A DNA stretch of 64,000 nucleotides from Octopus sinensis (taxonomy: Eukaryota). Each line of letters begins with the position of its first letter. Position 1 is the stretch's first letter. The DNA is taken from contig NC_043000.1 in NCBI RefSeq assembly GCF_006345805.1, positions 94,984,001-95,048,000 of the forward strand, in the 5' to 3' direction. The notes under the pieces are model-generated. The model did no database searches and had not been told where the DNA came from. It worked only from the letters and a program-made list of their open reading frames with translations. Positions 39,791-52,256 of the stretch are shown piece by piece. The position numbers and the translations under genes are program-made.

Positions 39791-40034
39791 AGATTGTTGT
39801 CTTATACATATATTAGGAAAGGATGTCAATCAATATATAATGTTGAGATTAGGAAAAATAGTATTATTATCAAAGGAGGCACTAGCACAAATAATAGTCA
39901 ATATTAATGATATTTTATTAATATTAACTATTATTTGTGCTAGTGTCTCCTTTGATAATATTAATATTTTTCCTAATCTGAAGATTATATATTGATTAAC
40001 ATCCTTTCCTAATATATGTATAAGACAACAGTCT
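39791..40034. repeat. Near-perfect 244-bp hairpin (arms ~118 bp, 8-nt loop)
   Basis: tgttgtcttatacatatattaggaaaggatg... versus ...catcctttcctaatatatgtataagacaaca; centre at 39909-39916. Confidence 0.95.
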
Positions 40035-40132
40035 CTATATACTCCATATACTCTATATACTCTATATATTATCTTTATAAATAAACATACATCTTGCTAC
40101 TATTTATATATATATATATTTATATATAAGTG

Positions 40133-40475
40133 AAGGCGCGTGGCTCAGTGGTTAGAGCGTCGAGCTTACGATCGTGAGGTTGTGAGCTCGAATCCCGGTC
40201 CGGGCTGCGTGTTGTGTTCTTGAGCAAGACACTTTATTTCACGTTGCTCCAGTTCACTCAGCTGTAGAAATGAGTTGCAACGTCACAGGTGCCAAGCTGT
40301 ATCGGCCCTTGCCTTTCCCTTGGACAACATCGGTGACGTGGAGAGGAGAGGCCGGTATGCATGGGCGACTGCTGGTCTTCCATAAAAAAACCAACCTTGC
40401 CCAGACTTGTGCCTTAGAAGGTAACTCTCTAGGTGCAAACCCATGGTCAGTGTCTGACGGAAGGGGGTCACCACC
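40133..40475 (+). mobile_element. SINE family S2 (tRNA head, CORE-like domain)
   Basis: Head ggcgcgtggctcagtggttagagcgtc...gagctcgaatcccgg; body gtgttcttgagcaagacact. Confidence 0.85.
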
Positions 40476-40921
40476 ATTTATATATATATATATATATATA
40501 ATATATAATATAATATATATATATAATTACACCAGTGTCCTCTTGGGATGTTACTCCATATATTTCTAATCATATATTTCTAAGCACTTATTTAAGAATT
40601 TATCAATGTCTTGATACATATAACTGCCAGTATTTGTTTATCTAGGTGGATTAAAATACATCTTATAACATTAAACCCTATATGTCTATCACTTCATACC
40701 TACCTTATCCAGAATAACTCCTATTGTAACTGTAATTAATTCTATAAGTTTACAATTTTATAACTTCACAGCCAGATACAATTATAATACCACATTTAGT
40801 TAATTATGTTCTCTTAGCTCTACCTTTATCATAACATGAATACCTTCTGTTTCTATCTATAACTGATAATAACCTCAACCTTATTTTAAGTGTCTAAATA
40901 TCTAAATATATTTTAAGTGTC

Positions 40922-41047
40922 TACACATATGAGAGAGAATCCACTAAAGTGGACGTCCTTACGCTAAAGAGAGATCCACTGAGACTCATGTGGATCTCTC
41001 TTTAGCGTAAGGGCGTCCACTTTAGTGGATTCTCTCTCATATGTGTA
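40922..41047. mobile_element. 126-bp almost perfect palindrome with TA ends; candidate MITE
   Basis: 58-bp arms with 1 mismatch; the loop tgagactcat is itself nearly palindromic. Confidence 0.7.
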
Positions 41048-42642
41048 TTAATAATATTTACTGAATCTCAGTTTCTTATGCGCTAAACCACTGGTGTTAA
41101 ATTGATGTTATTAAATTAATATACAATTTTTTCACCCTCATTTTGATTTTAAGTGTCTAAATATATTGAAATGCAATACGCAGTTACCCTCCTTCAATTG
41201 TAGTCTATAAGTCTGGAAATATTTTAACTCAAGCATTTTCACCTTTGCTTTTATTTTTCGGATATTTACTCGTAAGATTAAAATTATGACTTAGATCTAC
41301 CCATAACGAAATAACATTTCCTAAATCTTATTTTAGGGCATAATTTATCTCTGCTTTTTAATATGATAATATACTAACCGGCTACTTCCTGCGATTGAGT
41401 CCGGTAATATTGGTTTATCATTTGTTTATTTTTCTATTAATTGCTTCATCCATTACTTTTCTCGTTCAGACATTTACTTGTTAAATTGATATATATCTCA
41501 GATATATTCATATAAAACACTTTATCCATATCCGTAAGTGTTTTCCATCACTCATTCATTTGTAAGACCCCTTAGACTATTCATTCCTTAAAGATTTATA
41601 TTTTTGCTTTTACTTGTAATTTATTGATAGTTTTAATGGACCTGAGCAACGCCACTGTTTTCAAATATCAGCTGACCAATTAAGTTGTAGAATTAACTTT
41701 GGCCTCACCCTACTATCCAACTATCCATAGGGGTATTAGGATTAGGTTTCTGTTAATAAGTAACAAGTAATAAAATTGCACTAAGGTTCTATCTAATCTT
41801 TCTTTCATTGATATACGTAAGTATTCAATTTCCCCAAACAAGTTCAATTGAAGTTAATTCTGCTAATTCCTTTTATGATGTTCTATTAAACAGCAGTTAA
41901 CCTTTAACTTCTGTTCCCCGTGACATAGACCATGCCATCAAACTCACTCCACAACGTCTGACCCTCGCTATTTCCTCCAGTATGATTGAAACACGACGTA
42001 ACTCTAACAGCCTGCGGAAATTTCTCCTGGAAGTGACGTTCTTTAGCATAAGATGTAATACCATGGATTATGATATCACATTGAAATGATGTTCTACCAT
42101 TCCTAACTATTTCTATCATATTTTTTATTTTGCGTTATTAATGTACCTTACTTCTTCACATGTTAGTTTCCTAACATTTGGTCTTTCAGATGAAGCCTTG
42201 GGGTTCAACCATTGTCCAACCCCTGTCCGATGTTTGTTCCACCTTTGTAAAATCCCTGTATATCACTGGCGTGATGTGGAAAACTTAGAAGATTGGGCAA
42301 CCTCATGGTAGAACCAGCTGTAAGAGTTTAGTATTTGTACACGCATTTATTCTCATTCGTTCATTTTTATTTATCTATACATTTACTTATTTATTTGCTA
42401 ATTTCATTGGTTTATTTGGATCACACATATAATTGTAATCAATTAATAAATAGATATAATTGAATGTTTACAGGCTGATGTTATTCGATTGTTTATCCTC
42501 GCCATTTTCTTATTTGCTTTATAAATCCTGAGTAAATTTCTGGTTTACCCCCACCCATACCTAGTATTCAATTGCAATATTGCTCTGCAATAGTAAGCAC
42601 TTGGATATAAAAACGTAGGTATGCATCCAGTAGTATATTGAA

Positions 42643-42952
42643 TATTTACTATCCCTTAGATGGTTCTTTAACCTCTAACTAATACAGATATATATATGTA
42701 TATATATGTACATATATATATATGCATACATATATATGTATGCATTATATATATGTACATATGTATACATATATATATATGTATTAGTTAGAGGTTAAGG
42801 AACCATCTAAGGGATAGTAAGTATATATATTATATATATATATAATATATACTATATATATATATATAGATATATATATATATACTATATATATATATAT
42901 ATATATAATAACGTATATATTTAGAGGTTAAGGAACCATATAAGGATAGTAA

Positions 42953-43000
<48 letters not shown>

Positions 43001-43052
43001 CAGTATATAGCTGTATTAGTTAGAGGTTAAGGAACATCTAGGGATAGTAAAT
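42643..43052. repeat. Four copies of a ~45-bp unit (one inverted) interleaved with (TA)n
   Basis: tagttagaggttaaggaaccatctaagggatagtaa at 42643-42687 (-), 42781-42820, 42921-42953 and 43011-43052. Confidence 0.9.
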
Positions 43053-43140
43053 ATATATATATATATACATATATATATGTGTGTGTGTGTTTGTTTGTGT
43101 GTGTGTTTGTTTGTGTGTGTGTGTGTGCGTGTGTGTGTGT

Positions 43141-45069
43141 ACTGTATATTTCCACGTATAAGACGACCATATAAGACGATTCTAAAATTTATGCTAAAAA
43201 TTTGGGGTCGTCTTAAGAAAATGGAGAGAGTAATCAATCGACAAACATTCGCCTGTAAACATTCGTGAACAGATTTACAAAATTAGAAAAAAATTACATT
43301 ATAGGTAATCAAAACACTTTTACTTTATATATTATCGGCATATCTTCATAATAAATAGCCAATTCGAGAGATATATTTCTATATCATCGAAATCAACTTT
43401 TATCCATGAGAACTCAGCTGAGAAAATGTAAACATCGAGTTATGGTTGCGCTCACAATAACCTTTATCTTTCGCTAACCTTTCAAAAATGTTAACGGCGA
43501 AGTATAACTGTAGTAATAACATTTAGAATAACATATTTATATTTTTCATGAAATATCATTTAGTGATAAATAATACAATTTGAATTACACACAGCCTTTA
43601 TTTTTCAACAAAATTATTTTAGTCGGTACAATTAGAACATAAGACACTATAATTTTTTATTATTTCCTATCAAGATAAATAATATTAATAAAGCCTGCCA
43701 CATGTATTTATCTTGAACCCATCAAATTCCTCACAATCATCACTATGTTTCTCAAAGTTTCACATACATATCACAAAACTCATCACATATGGCATCATCG
43801 TAAGGATTCCAGTCTGATTCTTGTGAATCGACTTCGACTTCGTCGTCGCTATTGTGCAGAATATCATCTTTGGCACCATCGATGGCATTGGAGATACCAC
43901 ATTTTTAAAATGATTTTATCACATTTTCTATTTTAACTTTATCCCATGTTTTGAAACAAAATCACAGAGAACAAGTGAGGCAGCACGATTAGCTCCACCT
44001 TTTGTAAAATATTTATCTCCATTTATCATCCAGTCATTCCTTTGCTCTCTCACATTATCTTTAAATGGTTTGTTTAAACTGACATTTAGTGGTTGCAGTA
44101 TAGAAGTCAAACCACCAAGAATTATAGCAATATCAGTATTGGTTTTGAATAATCGGGTTTTAGTATTTGCCGTTGCGTGGCTACGAAATATATCCTAAAC
44201 CAACCAACCAACTGCGTTCGTTTCGTATGCCATCTGACCGCCCGTTCCAAATATTCTCAATCCATAATTTCACACCACTCTCGTCCATCCACCATTTCTC
44301 GTAAAAATGAACAAAAACGCCAGGAGGAAAATCTATTTTGTTTTACAATTAAAAATAACCATGGATTTTAATTTTGTACTGTCATCCATGCAGGATAATA
44401 CCACCGTAAACCTCGTTTTCTTATATCCTGTGCTTGTAACGTCCAGTGTTTTTACTCCTTTAAAATCTACCGTTTTTATTACCCAGCATGTCAAAATTTA
44501 ATGGCGTTTCATCCATATTTACAACATAAGACAATGGAAACGGATACCTTTTTTCTCAGCTGGATGACGAACTTGTGAAAACTGGTTACTTTGTGATCGA
44601 GATCTCCCATGAGCTTTGGGGCGATTTTTATTTTCTCCCTTACCGTTGCTTTAAATCTTTACTTTCTTCTTTATACAATTTATCCCATTTTAGGGCATAA
44701 GTTCTTACTTTATTTCGTGCTACAATGTAGCCTTCTTGCTTCTGCTGGAGTAGCTATTCTGCTACATCATTTTCCAATTTCGGCCAACGAGTACTTCCTC
44801 TTCTCATTGCACAGTTTTGTTTGGGCATTTGTCTTAATCTTTCCTCATCCTCTCTCCACTCTCCTACGATATTCTCAGTAACATCAAATGTTCTAGTAGC
44901 AACACAATTGTTCGAACACTTGGCTCCTGCTATACCTTTCAATTTGAAACTAGCCTCATATTTTTTTTCTTTTTGCTGATGGTTGCATATTGATATGGGT
45001 ATAAAATAATTATAAATTTCACTTGGCTAGACAGTTTGTGATTTTATATGACGTGTAGGTAAATGGTTA
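43141..45069 (-). mobile_element. pogo-superfamily transposon (POGK-like: Brinker DBD, CENP-B HTH, DDE), inactivated
   Basis: KKRKKYEASFKLK, RWPKLENDVAE, GGLTSILQPLNVSLNKPFKD, TKGG and KCGISNAIDG. TIR-like end tactgtatatttccacgtataagacg at 43140; the right boundary is approximate. Confidence 0.85.
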
Positions 45070-46162
45070 TTAATACGCCAGGCTGACTGTAATTGTCTAG
45101 AACATTTCAGTCATATGAACCACCATTATCTATTATTGTTAGCGGTTGTTATGATAGCGATAAAGTTTTGATAAAGAAGAAGAATCAGGTTCCCTTTTAG
45201 GTTTCCCATGTATTTTAATTTCTAAGGATATAGTAGGCTGTCCTGATTTTATTACCAACTTTGACCCTCCGCAAATCGCTAATTTTATCTTGCTTTGCAG
45301 TAGCAACTGTTTTCTTGAAGATACATCTTGTTGTAATTGCTCGAAATGTGAAGTAGATAAACAACCGACAACTGATGAAGGGTCGTTCTTTATGTTACTT
45401 GTCTTGTTTTCTATTTGTTTCTTTCGTTGTTCGCAAAAAAGTTTGTATTCCATGTTTTCGTATTTCGTATTTCCTGTTGTTTATGTTTCATGACGTCCTG
45501 TACCTATATATGCATATGTATATACATATATATATGTATACAACAAGAAAAAATATTTGTTTCTTTTACAGAAACGAAATGGTTTATAGGACAGCAAAAG
45601 AAGTGCTCAAATATAAATGAGACGAAGATAAAGAAGCATTGCTTATAAAACACTCATTAAATTTGGGTCAACGACTTTATATACAACACCACCCCTCAAA
45701 CATTTAATCATATATAAAAATCACCACGGTTCTCAAACACATAAAAATAATACATATACATAAAATCACAGAAGGTAAAAATATATAATCGAATAAAATA
45801 CAAATACAACGGCCTATAAAATACAAATAGAACGGCCTATAAACGGCTAAAAATTCAAAAACTACCATAAAACCTAATACGCAAATATAAAATATAAAAA
45901 GGTAAAAATAAAATAAAATAAATATCCACCGACGAAAGAAGTTTTATCAGACGATTAAAATATTTAGAAAAATTTCTTTTTTGATATTTGAAAAATTATT
46001 TGGAAAAGTCTTTTACTTCCCTCACATAAGTACGTCCAAAGTTCACAAGTAAACAGACTTCCACAGGTCAAATTCACATACATCTTGAAAAAAGTATTTT
46101 ACTCCCCTGACACAAGTCCGTCCAAATAGCAAACTTCACAAGTCAAATTCAACATTCAGATA

Positions 46163-46244
46163 TATCTATGGCTATTTCGGGAGCTCACCAACGCAGTTTA
46201 TTTACACTAAAGTGCATCACGGCGATGACCTCCTCATCTGGATA
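46163..46244 (-). ncRNA. Degenerate type I hammerhead, family F, downstream of the Penelope endonuclease
   Basis: UAUC-CAGAUGA-GGAG...CUCC-C-GAAA-UAGCCAUA/GAUA. The long stem II pairs tcatcg:tggtga and tgatgca:tgcgttg. Confidence 0.55.
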
Positions 46245-46440
46245 AACAGGAAACATGAAACACGCACAGTTCGAAATTTTTAAGAAAAGGTTATACTTTT
46301 ATGAAGAGCTTATATAACTTAAAAGAACGACCCATTAGCGGATCAGTCCAAATTTTCAAAAACAAAAAGCCTATTGCTAAAGACTCAGGTGACTGTAGTT
46401 AACAGAAATTCAACCGCGCCAAATTCAAATCCCCGTAACG

Positions 46441-46760
46441 CTAAACAATTTTATTACATCTACTTATATTTTTATATACTTTCAAAAAGGTGGACGAAAA
46501 CCTATGGTTGCAAAATGGCATCACCTCAGTGAATCTATTCAAAGTTTTAGACCCAAAAGACTTAAGGATGGCAAGGGATTCCTTCATACACAACTTGCAC
46601 TTATTTATATCTACTCTGAAGTAAGGGGCTCCCGAAATAATGGACCATTCCAGGGAATAACTCTTATTATTCCTCTTTAGATCGTGTATATAAGATGCAA
46701 GTGTGGTAGAGCTATAGTATTTTTCATTTGAAAACGAGCTCATGCGGGCCCTATACCTAG
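46441..46760 (-). mobile_element. Penelope-like GIY-YIG endonuclease C-terminal fragment
   Basis: SFSNEKYYSSTTLASYIHDLK...YSLEWSII...CKLCMKESLAIL...LNRFTEVMPFCNHR. Confidence 0.85.
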
Positions 46761-47480
46761 CCTTAAAATTTATATACCTATATAAAATTTATCTATATTA
46801 TCCTCATCCTTAACAACGCATTTATTAATTGCATTAGCAATTAGGCAGTACCCATTAATATATATATATGTACATATATGTATTATATATGCATATATAT
46901 ATATTATATTATTATATTATTGAACGCCACACACCCATTTCCAAGTAAGTTTATCTTAATAATTTTGATGCGACTTTCTGTACTGTTCTCTCTCTCTCAC
47001 TTTTCGTTTCCTCTCTCTTCCTTTCTCTAATTCTTTTCATCTGCCCTTCATCGTTCTATATCTATCCCTCTCGCTTTCTCACTTTTCCTCCTTTACTCTC
47101 TCGTTGCTCACACGTCGCCATCGGCCATCTTTCTTTTCCTAACTTGAGATTCTTTCTTTCCTTTTTAATTTGTCACACAAATCATACGTATTCTTGCCTG
47201 TCTCCTCTCCTATCAAAGCTTGTTCTTATGTCAAAGCTTGTTCCTCCAGCGTTCGCCAACGCATCTCGTTATGGCTTATCAGACGTTCCTGTTTGCTTTT
47301 GCTGTCCTGTCTTTGTTACCAGCTTTGACTCTCTGCAAATCGCAAATTTTATTTTGCTTTGCGGGAACAAATGTTTTCTCGGAGACACATCTTGTCGTAA
47401 TTACTCGAAATGTGGAGTAGATAAACAGCTGGCAATATATGTAGGGTCGTTCTTCATGTTACGTCTGTTTCCATTTGTTT

Positions 47481-47534
<54 letters not shown>

Positions 47535-47538
47535 ATAT

Positions 47539-47579
<41 letters not shown>

Positions 47580-47645
47580 AATATATATATATATATATAT
47601 AATAAACATATATGTATGTATATGTATATATATGTATATATATAA

Positions 47646-48142
47646 TCTATATATATAAAACTGTAGTTGTGAGTGTCTGTCCCCTTCGATTTAGATTCCT
47701 AACTACTCCCACATTTTGCGGTGCAGTTTAACCAAATTCGGGTATCTTATAGTCGTGATTCATATCGAGCCCGTCTGAGTATTAGCGCGCGTCTACGATG
47801 AGTCTACGATTTTAAAAATAATTTAACATCATTTGTTATTCCATTTTAATGCATAATTTTTCGTGTGCCGATGGCGGCGGAGTTGGCGTCCATGGTCACA
47901 CCTGCACCTGTTTGCTTCTCCCCCTTCTTCCCTCCCTCGTGAAGCTGTGGGGAAGGGAGTGTAAGGAAATTAACGTCGTAAAGTGTTGTCAAGGAGACCA
48001 GCGTTCTTTTAGAACAACGACTTCATGGCTTGAAGACACCAAAACAGAAATGGCTAAGAAAGCCCAAATTGGCATCTCTCTCTAAAATGCTTATATAGTT
48101 ATTTCCCTTACAAACCCGAGCAACGCCGGGCGATACTGCTAG
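47646..48142 (+). mobile_element. Non-autonomous Helitron
   Basis: A|TC 5' end at 47646; GC-rich subterminal hairpin cccgagcaacgccggg; CTAG|T 3' end at 48139-48143; no TSD. Confidence 0.85.
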
Positions 48143-48146
48143 TAAC

Positions 48147-48194
<48 letters not shown>

Positions 48195-49067
48195 CATACA
48201 TACATAATACGTCTTATACATATATTATGAATGTATCTATGTGTGTTTGTGTATATATATATATTCTTGTATTGCGCGACGGTCATATTTTTTGCCAAGT
48301 AAAGGCAAGCACTATATATTTGTTCTTCGCTCATTTATTACTGTTCTTATTTTAACTCTTGTCCATTGTCCATTAATCTTTCGTTACACATCTGTGACCG
48401 CCTCATTGACACTTCCGTCCTCGTGTGTACTCCTACTCCGCTTAGTCTATTCTGTTCTATGAAGTGTATCCTTACATATGTGCGTGCGTTTGCGTCTGTA
48501 TTTTAGTGTGTGTGTGTGTGAGAACATGCGTGTTTTTGTACCTATGTGTGTATGTTTCGTTGTTCGTAGTAACATTATTATCCTCCGTCACCCCTTCTCT
48601 CCCTCTTAACCGCTGTTGGTGCCGTCGACCCTGACTTTTGGCACCGTCTACCGTTACTGCATTTCTCTGTGAATGTGTGGTCACCCACGCTGCTGTCATC
48701 GTGGCAGTTGTTGTTGTTGTTATAGCCGTTGTTGTTGTTGTCATTGTTGGTCGCGTTGTTGATGTAGATGCGGCTGTGTGTGAAGTTCCTGTATGTGTGT
48801 TTGTGTGTGCATATAGGTTTGCCCACTGTGTTGTTTGTATTCGTACCCTTTATACAGTTCTTTGTGGGTGTGTTTACCTATTTATCTCTATTTATTATAT
48901 TTATCATGGGTATGTGAATATGTCTTTATTGTGTGTGTATTATACTGTTTGTATATATGTATATAAACATATATAGATGACCATCCCGAAATACAACAAT
49001 AACTTCTCAACACACGGTTTCACATCAGGAATCTTGCAACACAAATTCATTAACGTACATATATATA

Positions 49068-49133
<66 letters not shown>

Positions 49134-49602
49134 TGTATGTATGTGTGTATGTATGTATGAATGCATGTATGTATGTATATATGTATGTATTATGCATGTA
49201 TGTACATGTATACATATATATATATATACAACAAATCAGGAAAAATAGCATTCTTTTGGTAGTATTTTTCTCCATTACACGTGTTTCATTTGCTAATAGG
49301 AATTAAAACGATTTACATGCTATATAGACATGTAAGAAATTTCCTTACATGTGTTTTGGATTTACTTAAGATATTAACTATGGATACCTATTGATTGTGA
49401 TAATGGAATAAGCTGAGTTGTTTCAAGGGGAAACGCCTAGGATTTTTCCCTAAAAACCTATATATGTGGTCAATTCAACGAACAAACAATTCAGAAAGCG
49501 AAGAGAGAAAAAAACGAAAAGAGAAAAAAGAGAAAAAAAGACGAACGTGACGAGATACACAGGAATTACATTAGTTTTGACGCTCAGTGAAACAAGAGAG
49601 AT

Positions 49603-49635
49603 ATCAACGTTTCGAGCATGGCTCCTCGCCGGAAA
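49603..49635 (-). ncRNA. Degenerate hammerhead, family D (core CCGGCGA)
   Basis: UUU-CCGGCGA-G-GAGC-cau-GCUC-GAAAC-GUU/GAU; stem I is weak. Confidence 0.45.
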
Positions 49636-49737
49636 GGAGAAATGGAAAAGTCCAGAGAAGAAGGAAAAAAGAAAAATCAACAACTGTCCACGTGTGGTTA
49701 CATTATGTACATATATATATTTGTGAGCGTGTACGTG

Positions 49738-49773
<36 letters not shown>

Positions 49774-49774
49774 T

Positions 49775-49858
<84 letters not shown>

Positions 49859-49863
49859 GAGAG

Positions 49864-49943
<80 letters not shown>

Positions 49944-50068
49944 GTTTCTTTAAGAGCCACACAGGGCTGCACACAGACGGGACAAATTACAAGGTAGAAC
50001 TTTTCTTTTGGGGGGATTAAAAGAGGGGGAATAAAAGGAAAAAGAAAAAATCGATCAATAGGGATCGT
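49944..50068 (-). mobile_element. Short repeat embedded in (GATA)n, copy 1 (probable LINE/SINE 3' end with an (ATCT)n tail)
   Basis: Homologous to 54945-55055; both copies are flanked by GATA tracts in the same orientation. Confidence 0.7.
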
Positions 50069-50955
50069 TAGATAGATAGATAGATATGTTGGTTGAACTA
50101 TACCGTTAGTCTTCATATACTACAAGATATGGGATTTTGTTTAAAACGGAGGATAAAAATATATCTTAGAGCTACACTAATTCAGAACGTATAATGCTGT
50201 GGTACGACATTTCAGCATAGTAAGAAAAGTATTTTAAAGAAATTCAACAGAAACCATACCGAACCATGAGGCAATGAAGTTATACCTGATGGATTAATAC
50301 AATGACGCATGCTGACACACAATTAAAAAACAAACCGTTTTTTCTACGCTTTTTATTGTGTACGTTTAATTATTTATTTATTTATTTATTTATTCAATTG
50401 CTAATTATTCTCCAGTAGCTTCGTTGAAACCATATCTAAAGATGATGGGAACATATGAATCATCACTGTATACACACATGCATCTTTAGTTGATAATACA
50501 ATTAGCAGGTATGATACATGTATTGTGTAGTCTTCACTTGGTTCCTATCATGGAAACAAAGAATACATGCGTACAGGCTATACATACACTCTCACACACA
50601 CACATACACTCACTCATATATATATAATATATATATATATACACACACATACATATATAGGTATATTTCTATATTTTTTTATAAATACAAACGTGCTTAT
50701 TTGCGTATGCCTGTACATGCATGTTTGCACTGGCACACACATATATACAAACACATACACATTGTACATATGCATGTGCAATCCTCTATCTTCACACGTA
50801 TAAACATATACAGATATATATGTGTGTATTTTGTGCGCACTATATATGTATATATATATATATAGGGAGAGTTTACGAAGAAACCAAAAGACGAAGACAG
50901 GTGGTGTACAAAACAAACAGATGTATTAGTGTAACGCTCAGGAATAGAAAAAGTA

Positions 50956-50989
50956 TTTTACGTTTCGAGCCTACGCTCTTCTACAGAAA
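50956..50989 (-). ncRNA. Minimal hammerhead-like motif, family E (core CUGUAGA), in fragment ~50865-51070
   Basis: UUU-CUGUAGA-A-GAGC-guag-GCUC-GAAAC-GUA/AAA. Confidence 0.6.
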
Positions 50990-51149
50990 GGGACACTGAA
51001 AAAACAAGGAGAGAAACAGGGAGAGAAAAGAATGTGTGTAGTAGCTAACGATCTATCATGGCGACTAGTGCTGGACAGAAGGGTCAAACACGAGGAGGAA
51101 AGTAGGAGAGATAACAAGGTAAAGACGACCCCCAACACAAAGGTGCCCC

Positions 51150-51950
51150 CAACACAAAGATGCGTGTGTGTATAAGAGAGTATGTATGTGCATGTGAAAG
51201 AGGGCTGGTTGTCTGGACGTGTGCGTGTATGTATGTGCAGGTGTGAAGATGTGGGGGTGGGTTGTGGGTGGTGTGTTGTGATGTGATGTGTAATGTTGTA
51301 TGGTGTAGTGTGGGTAGGACAGAGGTGGGTGGGGTAGGTGTGGGTGAGGGGTCTGGGATAGGAGGGGGATGGGGTGGGGGATACAGGGTGGGGGATGTGT
51401 GGCGTGGGTGGGGTTATGGATGGAAGGGGGGGTAGAGGAGAGGAGGAGGTGGGAGGGTGAGGTGGGAGGAAGATGGGGGTGGGGTGGGGTGGGAGGAGGG
51501 AGGAAGGAGGGAGGAGGAAGAAGAGAGGAGAAAGAAGAGAAAGAGAGAGAGGAGAAAGATGGGAAGAAAGAGAAGAGAGAGAGAGAGGAGAGAAGAAGAA
51601 GAGGATAAGAGGGAGAGAAGAGGGAGAGGAGGGAAGAGAAAGAGAGAAAGAGAGTAGGAGGAGAGAGAGAAAGAGAGAGAAGAGAAGAGAGAAGAGGAAG
51701 AGAGGAGTAGGGGTGAAGGGAAGAAGTAGCAAGTAGCGTCGTGAAAAGAGAGTAGGAGTGAAAGAGAAATAGGAGCTAGGGGCAGGAGAAGACAGGAGAG
51801 TAGGGTGGGAAGAAGGAAGAAGGAGTGGATGGGGGGGGAGAGGGAGGAGAGAGGAAGAGGAGAGAGAGGAGAGAGATAAGGAGAGTGAGGGAGAGAGAAG
51901 AGAGAATAAGAGAGAAGAGAGAAGGGAGTAAGGGAGAATAGGGAAAATAT
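51150..51950. repeat. Degenerate G/GA-rich low-complexity tract
   Basis: Strong purine strand bias with many GGG runs. Confidence 0.9.
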
Positions 51951-52217
51951 ATATATACACATGGTACCCCAGAATCAATTATGAATTTCATCGAAATCGG
52001 AAAATTTTTTAAAAGCTCACTTTTATTTATCATGCTTTATATGTGTTTAGTGTATGGTCTTTTAGTTGTGCTTATTTTATAAACTTCATATTTTTCTTTT
52101 TGTAATTTTATTTTCATTCCAGTCGGATCCAGCTAGGTTACGTGGACGAAAGCGCACACACACACACACACACAGAGGTTGTCAGGTGGTGATGGGAGGA
52201 CACATAGATACACACAG

Positions 52218-52249
<32 letters not shown>

Positions 52250-52256
52250 ATATATA

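Larger units (their letters stand above)
45130..47500 (-). mobile_element. Penelope-like element remnant in partial-tandem arrangement (repeated ORF-like segment, GIY-YIG fragment, hammerhead)
   Basis: Direct repeats ~45255-45430 and ~47320-47480 flank the EN fragment and the HHR. Assigning the repeated segment to the ORF N-terminus is inference. Confidence 0.55.

Noticed and set aside
40133-40210. tRNA genes at SINE heads (also 26092, 61558 and the S1 heads)
   Set aside because: They continue into SINE bodies and lack a complete cloverleaf.
42205-42303. VWA-like GGTNIGQGL in an alternative minus frame
   Set aside because: A stop follows after three more codons, and the motif is too short to be significant.
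45372-45430. CTGATGA core-like heptamer
   Set aside because: There is no downstream GAAA or stem, and the paralog at ~47440 lacks it.
50971-51978. 335-aa minus-strand ORF (longest in the track)
   Set aside because: It is a low-complexity CT-rich tract that lacks stops for compositional reasons.
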